From contig JAAOMT010000602.1 in assembly GCA_016748015.1 (NCBI GenBank), positions 943,696 through 1,007,695 of the forward strand: a stretch of 64,000 bases of DNA, written 5' to 3'. The notes beneath the pieces are model-generated. The model ran no database searches. It was given only the letters and a program-made list of their open reading frames with translations, and was not told where the DNA came from. Shown piece after piece: positions 36,301 through 48,300 of the stretch (within the stretch, counting starts at the first letter, position 1; each line of letters begins with the position of its first letter). Source of the stretch: Geosiphon pyriformis uo1 (Eukaryota > Fungi > Glomeromycota). Both the position numbers and the translations under genes were made by a program.

Positions 36301-39300
36301 ATAGCTGTAGTTTGGGATGGCAAAAAATACAATTTCCAGACAATCAGAGGATCACTTATGCAACCTCAGGAACTGAGAAAAACATACTCTTCGTAGAACT
36401 TCTTAAGCCGAATTAAACGGCGAACAATTTCATGCAATAAATCGGGCGGAAAATTAATATCTCGCCGATTTGGATTAGTGCGATTAGGACTAAAATAAAA
36501 AAATTCCGAAATGTCCAAAAGGATTAGCGAGCCGTTTTTCTAAAGGACATGATTTGCAGTCAAACAAGAGGCCATTACTAGTGAAGTAATGGAAGATAAT
36601 TGAGACAATTACCTTGGTTTCAGAATAGTTTTTTTCCATATTGGGCGAAGCGTCCTGGCAAGACATGTAGCAAAGCCCTCGTACACCGGTGAACGTGTTA
36701 TGTTTAAAAGGTTTCCCACTTTAATTCAGTAAAGTATACGTTTCAATACTTATAAACGGATGAGATAAATGGGGAATTAAATATCGAAATACTTGGCATT
36801 GCTCTTGGCTCTCCCCTAAAGCTAAGCAAGAAATCGTGGCTTTCACGAGTCGCGATGTCAAAACACATGGCGGATGTCTCCAATTCACCATAGCTGAAAT
36901 TATAAAAAAAATGAATGGAATTAGGAATACTATAAACGAAATTGCAGATTTACAAAGGACTTTACTTTTGTAAAAATCTTTTGGGATCTGGCATATCTGA
37001 GCGGTACTTTTCTAATATCTGTTTAAGATGATCGACGGGGCGTAGCCTGGATACGATTGTCAACGCTAATTAAGGAAAGATTAGAAAATGGGGAAATTTT
37101 CAAGATTAAAAACCATGATCCTAACCTTCTTCGGCTGCAAAAATAAATCTTCGACGGGGAGCGGAATATTGGTTGATTAATTCGTTTGAATAATCTTTTT
37201 CAAAAAGGGGATCACGCTGCGGATTGTAGATTTCGGTAATGTCATGCAATATTCGCGAGTTAACTTCAACTACACTGAAGAATTCGTGGTATTTGGCCTG
37301 TTTGTGCTAAGAATATTGAAATCTCAGTTAAATGGTGATCAGGTCTTGCATGCACAGGAACTAATAAATATATAAGTGGTATCTACATACATATACATTT
37401 GTCCCTTGCGTTTTTGTGACTTCAGCAAATATGGCGCCGTAATTAGGAGAAGTCAAAAGTAATTTGGCCTTTTCCATGTCGCCACGTTGTGTGAAGAAAA
37501 AACTATGGTGGTATCTAGCTATTTCATATTTTGAAGACTCCACGGTTACGGAAGGTGCTGGCGGAGGATAAAGAATGAATAAAAGTCTAAAGGTTTCTGG
37601 TTCTTTGTTCTCTAGGTCAACGAATGGAGAAAACCCAGTATTTGTTTGATAAACAGGATATGGTGGATTTGGAGATTGATAGCCCAAGGCATTAAAGGAA
37701 GTAAAATACCAACGGTGGCCTAAAGAAAGATTATGTTTGATGGAGGTTCTAGATAATAATCCTCACTTTCATATTCGTTTGGAATCCCTACCGAAATCCG
37801 AAACGGCAACAAGGCAAGTGGATGGGGATTCAGTTTTCAAGATAGGGTAGATAGAAGCGAAATTCCCCGGATCCACAGAAGAAGGGGGCTGTCCCTGTTG
37901 TATTCTAGATTCGATATTTTTATAGATATGAAACTCTCCTTTAATCTTCCAAGCGCTTCCATCTTTACCAAGGTAGTAAGCCTGAAAGAGCCAAGCTTAT
38001 CGTCAAAAAAATTATTTCCATATTTCCATAGCGTTAGTTCTCTTACCCTAATTGCATTATCCAATGATAGAGAGTACAACATATTTCTCGAGCCGTCAAA
38101 AACCAGTGACGTAATATTTTGATCTAGATGCAATGCAGGTGTCAGTGTCAACCAAACTAATAAACTACGAAAACAACGATATGTGAATCTCTTAACTAGA
38201 TCCCCTATCAGCCCAACTGCCAAAGAATACATTTGTTCCTGTGAGGGTTTTTATGCTGGTGGATCCTTTGAACCAGCCCTCCTCCTTTAGAATCCCCAAG
38301 AAAGTTGTTTGCATCATTAGGCAAAGGAATTCGAGAAATCTTTCTGAGCAATAAAATCAGCGAGTATAATAAATATTACATACCTGATAAGTAAGCTCGC
38401 ATATTCTACCTTTACTGTTCATAAAAATACGTCCTAGGGTTGTTCCCACCATCACATTTACTATGGCTCCATTAATTGGGGTCCACAGACTTTCTTTAGG
38501 ATTGTAATATGCTAACCAGGTGTCATTCTGCCGATATAATGCATATACCATAGCTTTTTCATTTGTAACGATGACTAGAACATGTTTGATATGTTCCTGA
38601 AAAAAGTCTTTTGCATAATTTCAAAGGTTATAGGGATAATTTATTTGATTCAATAAAAACTTGGAGAATCTACTAAAACCTGCCTGGTCTAGCATTGAAG
38701 ACGCCCACTTGTTGAATAAATTTGTCCTCAACGCGAATATATTGCGGGTTGGTAGAAGACAAACTAAGAAACTTAAGAAGATCAGGAAAAGGATTTCAAG
38801 AATATTTGTTTGTGTGGTTGTATAGGACCGGAAAGTCTTCTAAGATAGGACACCACCACAGTTTGGATTGGATATTTGGTTAATTTCCCTGGGAATTTAT
38901 TAGGTAAATCAAGAACTAGTTGGATGACCAGGCCAACAAATTCCAAGCAAAAAGATTTCTAGATCCCATTCAAATCCAATAAACGGGTCGTTCGAAGCTC
39001 AAGTGATTTGCATATTTCCCCTATATAGATTGAAGTCGGATAGCGCTCTTAGAAATCTTGTTTATTGGCGCGGTGACCTATCTTAGAAGAATTCCCGGTT
39101 TTTAGGTGTAGGGAGTGGTTTTGATGAAAAATTATTATATTCTCAATCAAAAAACGCGTCGTAATTCAAACATGCGCGTCTTTCTGACGCAATAATACGT
39201 ATAAACAAAAATAAAGACAGTTTAAAAGAAATTTACGCTTTTTCATAATCCCAAAAGTAGAAGTGATTTTCAGCGTAGAAGTAAAAAGCGTTTATGAGCG

Positions 39301-39632
39301 AGAAAATACCAAATTTGTAGGAAACTCCTGAGAGTTATGTGAAAGGTTGTTAGGTTCGAAAGGTTCAAGGGAGGACTTGAGAATAAAAATAAAGTAAGAA
39401 CAAACTTACCGTTGAGACGTTGGGTCAATTGGTCTGGGTACTTTAACCTTTTTTCGGGCTTGAGCAGAAGTGGCTGTTCTTGATATCTTTCAGCGAAAAC
39501 CGGATCTGATTCGAACGAATGCTTTTGGGGTCGATCATAAGCTTCAACAAACAAACGAACTTTCAAAAGTTCCTCAGAATGTGTTACTTTTGCTTCTATG
39601 TCGGCTTTGACTGTAGAAGGAATAGCTTGCAT
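33344..39632 (-). CDS. NUP155: Nucleoporin NUP155/Nup170-Nup157 family, multi-exon
   Basis: Exonic motifs FGIFSLINAFYFYAENHFYFWDY, GRIFMNSKGRICELTYQ, ITSLVFDGSRNMLYSLS, LVAVSDFGHRWYF, YEGFATCLARTLRPIWKK, ADALSFILLMIDY, last exon ...RAELQR*. Many short GT-AG introns and normal CpG content. The exon structure was not fully resolved. Confidence 0.85.
38827..39099. mobile_element. MITE-like 273-bp element with 28-bp terminal inverted repeats in the long NUP155 intron
   Basis: ACCGGAAAGTCTTCTAAGATAGGACACC (38827-38854) versus GGTGACCTATCTTAGAAGAATTCCCGGT (39072-39099), 25/28 complementary. No clean TSD. Confidence 0.6.
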
Positions 39633-39855
39633 AATGAATGGTCAATGTACTATTTTGTTAAGTAAAGGCCTTTCAATTTATGCTAAAAATTTTTGATTGA
39701 TATGATATAGATGAATTGAATAAAAACGATCATGTTTCAAATGTAATTTCATACCTTTTTTTTTACAAAATATAATAAAAAATTTTATTTTTATTTATAA
39801 AAGTTGATTTAAATAAATCGAATTTTAAATTAAATAAAAAAGGCATTATCTTTTT

Positions 39856-40044
39856 ACCGTCGAATGCGTTCATCCCCGCTGCCCAGCGAGGAGGAACAAC
39901 CACACCACAAGAGGAAGAGATGCAAACGCGGCGGTGAACATTGCTCTTTCCGGGGCCTCCATCATCCTCTCGTCTGACCACCAATCACTTCCTCCTTTTC
40001 GCCGCGATGCCACATTTCATAAAGTGGAAGAATTTTTATCTTAA
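39856..40044 (+). pseudogene. Fanzor (eukaryotic TnpB-like) nuclease C-terminal fragment
   Basis: ATG-less frame VECVHPRCPARRNNHTTRGRDANAAVNIALSGASIILSSDHQSLPPFRR: second Cys pair of the zinc finger, RuvC-III RDxNAAxNI motif and the LPPF tail typical of fungal Fanzor1. Confidence 0.78.
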
Positions 40045-40376
40045 ATTAATTAATAATATATATTTATACAATTTATTGTAAATTTCTTTTGTAAGTAAAA
40101 ATATAAATTATTTTTTAAAATTTTGTTGTTTTAAAATCTTATTGTTTGCAATTTTAAAAAATTTAATTACTTTAGGTTTTCATATAAATATATTTTATAT
40201 CTTATTATAATAAAAATAAAACACAATGTAATAAAGAAAAGTATCTAAAGTTCCCAGATCATGTGAACAAAGACATTTCCTTTATTTCTTAAATTAGCTT
40301 AAAACTGTTATGACTATTGGATGGAACTCGTGGTTTCATTGAAAATATTTTTGAGAAATTCAAATTCTAGCAGAAA

Positions 40377-42626
40377 ATGAAAACTTGCTATTACCAACTT
40401 TTAGAGGTCGAATCAAATGTTAACTCGGAAGATCTCAAAAAAGCGTATCGCAAAAAGGCGCTTGAATGGCACCCAGACAAAAATTTTGAGCGAGTCGACT
40501 TGGCTACTCAACAATTTTCCTTAATTCAGCAGGCTTATGAGGTTCTATCTGACCCTAATGAAAGATCATGGTATTGAAATACCCCCCCCCCCCCCGAAAA
40601 TTTTCCAATATTTTGTTTATCTACCATAATACGTTTATCCAAATATTTTATGCTATAGGTACGATGGACACAGGGACGCCATTTTAAGAGGTTTTAAACT
40701 TTTCTGTTTGACTTAAGTTCGTCTTACAAGCTTAAAAGAGCTAGTGATCTCAAAAATTTTTTGCAGAGGAAGATGATGAGGATAAATCGGAACAGCTACC
40801 TAAAGCAAGTTATGGTGGATCCGCCGTAGCAGGAACAACCACCAATGATATTATGAATTACTTTAGCTCGGGGTGTTTTACCGGTTATGAAGACGGCACA
40901 AAAGTAGGTTCAAAGTTGAAGACCTATGCTCGAATTTCATTATTTTCAAATCAACGAAATTTGACGATTTAGTACCCTTTATTTAGGGTTACTACTCAGT
41001 TTACAGAAACCTTTTTCAGAAGCTAGCGGAAGAGGAAGAGCAAGCATTTAACTATGATCGAAGCGAAGATGCAATTGAATTCATTCCAATGCCCTCATTC
41101 GGTAACAGTAGCACGCCAATTAATGATGATATTTATGAAAATATGATAAAATTATTTTACAACGTCTGGAGTAATTTTTCAACTCGGAAAACTTTCAAGT
41201 GGCTTGATAAATATCGTTTGTCTGAGGTAAATTTTTTTTCACTGGCAAATTCTTATATCCATACAATAGAGAACAAATAGTTAAAAGCCAGCGATTTCTT
41301 ATTTAAAGTAGGCACCTGATCGTCGAACCAGGAAATTAATGGAAAAGGAAAACCAAAAAACTCGCGAAACAGGTCGGAGAGACTACAATGAAGCAGTGCG
41401 AGTAAGTATGAATCTATTAACTTTGTTTTTGATTAAAGTTTTCGACAAAATTTGACCGTATAGGCTATTATTTTTAGGAATTAGTAAAATTCGTGCAAAA
41501 AAGAGATCCTCGCTGGAAGGTATATTTAGAAACCTTAAGCCTAAAGAATGAAGCTCGTGCTGCTCAAGCCAAAGCACTTGCAGCTCGTGATCGTGCTCAG
41601 CATATCGCTGAATTATCAAATTACAAGGAACCAGAATGGGCAAAAGTTGAAATTGATCAAAAGCAAGTGGATAATGATGAGAACGAAGAAGATGAAGATG
41701 AAGAGAATGATGGTGATGAAACTGAAGAATTTTTTTGTGTGGCATGCAATAAGAATTTCAAACATGATAAGCAATGGAAAAATCACGAAAAGAGCAAAAA
41801 GCATTTGAGAAACGTTCATATATTAAAGAAAGAAATGTTATATGAAAATGATGACATATCTTCACGCTCCGAAATCAATTCACCCCAGGAGACCTTAACT
41901 CTCCTCGATAATAAGGACGGCTCCGATAAATTTAAAATCGATCAATATTCTACGGTCAGCTCCCCACAGATAGATCCAATTTCTATAAAAATAGATCAAG
42001 AGGAGGCAGAAGATATAAATTATATATACTCAAATCTCAGTTCTATAAAAGGGACTAAAAAGCAAAAAAAGAAGCAGAGAAAGCCAAATTGGGGTTACGA
42101 CGATAATATTAGTGAAAACAGGGCAGTCCAGGAGTTGGACTCTGACAGTTCAATATCAAATGATGTTAAACTGGATACAAATGAAAATGATCTACCTGAT
42201 CTGTTCAATAACCAAGCCCAAATTTCAAACTGCGGAGAAACATCAAAAAGGCTACCCGATGATGTACAAGGGAAAGAAAAAGGCCATATTTTGAAGAATC
42301 GTAAATTTGAGGATGATAGCGATGATGAAAATATTCATGATGCTAAATCAATTAAAAAGACGTCGCAGATTGATCACAAAAAGGGAAAAAAGAATGAGAA
42401 GAAAAAGGCAACACCAACTGATAATTCTAATCAGGTAACCAGATCAATTCTTTCAACTTTGCTTTCATTTATTAAAAAATTAATACATATCTTGCGTTAG
42501 GTTCAATGCAATCTATGTTCTCAAGCATTTGCTTCTAGGAACCAGCTTTTCTCACATATCGAAGCTACGGGTCATGCTATGGTTTCAAAAAGTGGGCGGG
42601 GTATTAAGACCAAGGGAAAAAAGTAA
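40377..42626 (+). CDS. JJJ1: J-domain protein JJJ1/DNAJC21 (60S biogenesis co-chaperone), 7 exons: 40377-40570, 40659-40690, 40767-40903, 40987-41226, 41312-41401, 41478-42433, 42501-42626
   Basis: J domain with HPD, zuotin-homology region (FYNVWSNFSTRKTF, APDRRTRKLMEKEN, FVQKRDPR) and two C2H2 fingers (FFCVACNKNF...HEKSKKH; CNLCSQAFASRNQLFSH). GT-AG introns join in frame. Confidence 0.95.
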
Positions 42627-43039
42627 TGTAAATTTTGGTTATTGTATGCAATGAAAACTGATTGTAATCCTCCAATTTAAGTGGAACATAATTTCTTAAA
42701 TATTGTTGAAATTCTACCATGAAATCGACGTGAAATAATAAGATATGATTTTATCTTTTGTGTCAACTTGCAAACCATTCATGTAAACTGAAGTTGCAAA
42801 TTATTGTGTTTTTGACCAGAAGTTATTTGTTAATATTTTATATAACAAAATATAAATTTTATTATTTTTTATTAAAGCCTTTTTATAATATTAAATGTTT
42901 TGATTTTTTTTACAAAAACTAATTTATATAAATTTCATATCATAAATTGTTAAAAATAAATAAAAAATTTAAAATATTGTTGGTAAATATTTATTAAATC
43001 ATATATTAAAAAAAATTTTCTTATTTTTTTCTTTAACAA

Positions 43040-43875
43040 ATGTAATTCAATTATTACTTATTGTTATATAGTTACAATAAACTTTAAATATTTAAAAATT
43101 CGACAAAATATTCAACAGTTTACTAAAATAATCTATAATTCACAAAAATAACTTATAATTTGATAAAATATATTTTTAATTTGCTAAAAAATTAAAAAAA
43201 AGTATTAGATTATAAAATAATATTACAATAAATTATATAAAAAAAAGTTTTTTTTTGAGAAAATATATCTTTTCTTAAAATTTTAATTTAAAATATCTTA
43301 CTTAACAATTAGTTATTACAAATTTTTTTAATAAAATTACTTTAAAAACTTAAAAATTTTTAATTATCATTATTTATAATTATTTAAAATTAATTAATTA
43401 TTAATTTCAGTAATTATTAATAACTTTTAAGCCTGAATTTGAAATAACTTCTTTAATCTATTTTTTATTTTATTTTATTTTCTTTTTTTCAGGTTATTTT
43501 TTCTTTTTTTTTTCTTTTTTTTATATTATTAAGTAGTTTATAGTTAAGATTTTTTGTAAAAAAGTTAATTTTTACAAAAAAGTAATTATATATTAATTAA
43601 AAAACTTATAAATAAGATTTTTTGTAAAAAAATTAACTTTATTACAAAATAATTATATCAGTAATTGGCACAAAATTGGCTATTTTATTGATAGTATATA
43701 CAATTTAAAGTATAGAAAAATACCTTAGAACAAAAATTAATTTATTAAAAATTTATTAACTTTTATTAGCAGCAAAATTAACATCAAAATAATATTAATA
43801 ACATTAAAAAAAACAAAAAAACCTTTAATAATACCAATTATTTAAACTAATTAAGACCAAATTACATTAAATATA
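43040..43875 (+). repeat. Heavily decayed copy of family B LTR within a near-pure AT tract
   Basis: Anchors gtaattggcacaaaattggctatt, aatttcagtaat and aaagttaatttttacaaaa match 1226-2159 with C>T/G>A changes. Confidence 0.6.
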
Positions 43876-45312
43876 TAAAAAAAAATTTACCAAAAAAAAT
43901 TATTTTAACTATAATTACCAAATTATTATTATTAAGAACCAAATTAACTATTTATATAATAATTTTATTTGTATTAAACTTAATATAATAACTTAAATTC
44001 TTAAAATTATTATTTTAGCAAAATATTTTTTTTTACAAAAAAATCTTTGTTATTAATATTTATATTATTATTAGATAAATTATTTATATTATATTTTATT
44101 TTAGAAATAATAATTTTTTACTTGAGTTATTTATAATTTTGCTAAAAATATTTATATGTTTTTTTATTACAAAATTTTTTTATCTTAATATTTATAAAAA
44201 TAAAGTACTTTTTAAATTTGTAATTAAAACAACTAAAAAACCAATAAATTTAATTAGCAAAGCCAATTTAACTAATTAAATTTCAAAAAAATCAATTATA
44301 AAATTAACAACAAAAAAAATTAACTTTAATATGTAATTTAATATATAACTTTAAATTAATTACAAATGTAAACAAAAATTTTAATAATAAAATAAAAATA
44401 TTATTTATTTAAAACCCAAATAATTTAAATTTTAATATTTAAAACAATATTAACAATTAAAAATTTTTTATTAAATATAATTTTTTTTTAAAATATTGAA
44501 TTTAATAATAATAATTTTTTTTTTATATATTTCAAATTTTTTAAAAAATTTATATTTTAAAAAAAAGTTTAGTTTTTTTATCATATTTATTATTAAAAAT
44601 TTAATAGTTATTATATGTGATTTATGATTAAAAAAAGTTAATTAGAAATATTGCTTCTGGTTTTATTAATAATAATTTGATTTAAAAACCTAAAATTTTA
44701 GTTAATAATATTAAATATTTTAATAATAAAGCAAATTTGAATTTTAAAATATTTTTGTATAATATTAAACAATTTTAAAATATAAAAATAGATGTAAATA
44801 AAATTTTAAAGTTTTTTAATTGTTAATAATAATTATAAAATAAAAAATAAAAACAAAATATTCTTGAATTTAAAAACTAGTATTTTTAAAATAAAACAAA
44901 TTAATATTAGTAAATTAGTTGGCTTTTATTTTGGTTTTTTTAATTTTAAAATAAATAATAAAGTATTACTTTTTTTTATTGTATTATTGTTTTAAATAAA
45001 GTTTAAATTAATTTTAAGATTATTAAAAAAAAATAAAAGTATTTTTAATATTAAATATTATTATTTATAGAATAAAGCAAAATAAAAAAAAAAAATATAG
45101 TATAAATAACCAATAGCAGACTATAAAATTATTAAAGCAAATAATATTAAAAATTTCAAAAATACTAAAAATTTTTAGAAATTTTGTATTATAAAAATTT
45201 ATATATATATAATAAAAGTATTAAAAGCAAAAAAACAAACAAGTTTAATTATACAAGTTTAATTAAAAACAAATTTAGTTTTAATTTATTAAAATAACTT
45301 TATTTTTTTATA

Positions 45313-48300
45313 TAAAACTTCTTTCTCTCCTTCATCCTAAATTCCCAAAAAAGAGTCTAAGTTTTTTGAAAAAAGTTTTTTACAATTCAGTATAATAAAT
45401 CCAAACCCTTTATTCTTGACTACAAAGCCACTGTTGACTGCAGTATTGCTGTCATGAAAAAAACTGCTAAGATTTCTGGTTCTAATGATGGCTTCAAATC
45501 TGTTCTTCCAAAGAAAAAGAGGAGGGGTAGTGTTTTAGAAGATGGTTTTGGTGGTAAGAGTATTGATTCTAAGGTTCAGAATAGCCGCTCATGGAGTTTG
45601 GAAACTGGTGACACTACTGAGTCTAATAGTATTAATATAGAGAAGGAATGTTTGGTAGAAAAGACCAGTTTTGATTTTGGTGAAGGCAGTGCTATTGCTG
45701 AAGAGGATCCTAATCAGACACTTACTGGCTCAAAAGTCAAAACCAAAAAAGCATTAAGCAAGCCATTAGGTAAGATAAATTTTTCATCTAATGGCATTGA
45801 TGATAACGTTCTTTTGGATACTCCATTGGAACTCCCCCTACCTCTCAAAAATCTGGTCAATATTTCTGTTCACAAATCCTTTGCTTTGGATATTGGGTTA
45901 GACAAGATGGTTGGAAAATCTTCTCAAGAAAAACTTCAAGTGGTCAGAAGGTTATTTTCAAAAATCAATGGTTTTGGGGGGGGTCTCTACCCCCTCAAAA
46001 TTTGCTGGGATCATTAGAGCATTATTTACTTCCGAATTAAGCTTGACACAGGCTTCCAAAAAAGCTAAAGATACAAAAATTCTAGTAAACACTGATCTCA
46101 AGAAGTTTTCTGGGTGCTCAGATCGGGCTGTGGTAGTAAAAGAAATTCCTGTTAAAACTTCAGCTGAGGCTGTGCACACCATGTTGTCTGAATTTGAAAT
46201 AATTAAGTTGATTAAAATGCAATTAGTGTGGCTGTGACAAAAAGCAGTAGTTGAATTTGAACAGGTTAATTATGCTGATTTGGTCACAGCAAAATGGTCT
46301 ATTCTGATTGGGAAAGATGCAGTGTGTGTTGCTAGATCTGATATAGACAAAAAAACCTGGGACAGAAGAGATATTTACAGAGCTTTTTTGTATACTCTAC
46401 TAATAGAAACCAATGCACATGATATTTGGGATTATGTCAATTCAGTGAGTGAGAAAACATGTGCAATCGATCATCATTCTATTACATATGTCTGGGCCAA
46501 ATATGCCATTGTTTGTTTTGAATCTGCTGAATTCTTAGATGCTGTCATGAACACTATTCCAGTTTTGAAAGATGTGAATCTGCATTGGTCTTGATTAGGT
46601 CTTTTTAAATGTGCTGTGTATAAAAAAATGGGTCATACATCATTGAATTGTTCTGTGGATGGGAATTTTTCTCCTGGTAAATCTCCTCATAAAGCACTTT
46701 TAGATGTGAATAAAAGCAGGTTGGCTGCTATTTATTCCAAGCATTTGGTTCTTATTGCTCATCCTGTTGTTTTTGGTGGGATTTCTTAGGCAAAGATTGC
46801 TGGTGGATCTTTGTTTCCCCTCTTTCTTGTGAAAAATGATACGTTCAATCCTGGCTTCTCTTCGGAAATGAAGTCTACCCTTCTTGTTACTTTTGACATT
46901 GAAAAAAAGTTTGCTGTTTTGGAAAGCAGTCTTACCAACCTTATGGGACAGATTAGTGAGTTGGCTAAGAGGTTGGACTTACTTGTTCCAGTAGTTTCCC
47001 AGCCTAGTCTTGGATGTCAACTGCCGGTAACCCCCCCATTATAGAATCAGGTGGGCAATATAATGATGGAAGAGGGCTTGAGTGTGGTCACTAGTAGTAA
47101 GGCTGTTGTACTTCTGAAATTATTTTTTTCTCCTGATATGGTCAAATTTGAGAATATGTTGGAAGGTCTTTCTACTTCTGTTTTGAGTTTGTTAGTCTGT
47201 CTTGATGGTTTGGTTCTGGCTGGTAGTGTACACCTCCAATCTCTTTCTCAATAAGTGAATTAGTCTAGAAGATTGCAACATGTAATGTCAGAGACATGAA
47301 CAATCCTACAAAGCAGGAGGACATTGTGTATTGGTATGTGGAATCTAAAAATATGATCTCAATTGTTACTGAAACAAAGTTGAAGTCTGGTTGTAGATCA
47401 TAGATTATAAACAAGTTTGATGGTATTAGAATTTTTTTATCTGGTGTGGACAAAAGATTTTTTGGAGCTGGGATGACCATTATTATGAACAACTCTCTGG
47501 CTCACCATGTTTCTAAAATTGATGAGATCTCTGGTCGGGTTATTTTGGTGCATCTTTTCTTCAAAGGCAAACTCTCGGTTATGGTTTTGGGTTTGTATGC
47601 TGACACATCCTCTGGAATTAGGTTTGGTCAGGCTGTGGAAGTCAACTTTTTTGTCACAAGGGCTCTGAACTCCAGTACTTTTGTGGTCTTAGACAGTGAT
47701 TTCAATGAGAACAATTCTAAGAAAAGTGCAAGTTTTAGGTTTTGTTTGGATCTGGGTTTGGCCAACTCATTTGGTACATACTCATTGGTCAGAGCTCCTA
47801 TGTAGAGCAATTCAAGAAGTGCCAAAAAAATAATTGATTATATTTTTGTCAATGATAGTTTGTCTTTGGCAGTTGCTGGTCAGATTGTGGCTTCTGTTTC
47901 TGATTATTTTGATACTGATCATAAGACTGTTATAGTGTCAGTTGGTCTAGGTGAGCTCTTGAATGTTCATCTGAATGGTTTGTGCAAGCAAGCTAATAAA
48001 GATCAATAAAAGTTCAAGATTGCAGATGTAGATGGTCCCAAATGGGCTTGTTTTAAAGAGTGTTCTTCAGTTAAGTTTTTTTCTGTGGTTAATGAATTTT
48101 TGGTTGCTAGTAATGGTGGAAATTTTAATTCTATGTGGTCTTTGTTGGTAAAAGTGTTGGTCAATTCAGCTAATGAAGCATTCTTAAAACATTGGTTTCA
48201 TGAGGTCAAATGTTCTTTCAACAAACAATCTTCAAGATTTTTTAAGCTGAAACTCCTAGTTGCTAAATTGGTAAAGTCTCTTCAGTCTGGTGATGCTTTT

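Noticed and set aside
39763-39984. Called minus-strand 73-aa ORF
   Set aside because: Antisense shadow of the Fanzor fragment running into AT-rich DNA.
39842-40011. GC-rich island as U3 snoRNA, SRP or RNase P/MRP RNA (GAGGAAGAG, GGAAAGAGCA, T-run)
   Set aside because: Box order and pairing do not fit. The Fanzor reading frame explains the sequence far better.
40582-40595. C14 tract in JJJ1 intron 1
   Set aside because: Simple homopolymer with no supporting evidence of function.
45970-46000. G8 run followed by a C5 hairpin as a programmed frameshift in LINE ORF1
   Set aside because: The homologous site in the 52-kb LINE has no expanded run and stays in frame; simple slippage is more likely.
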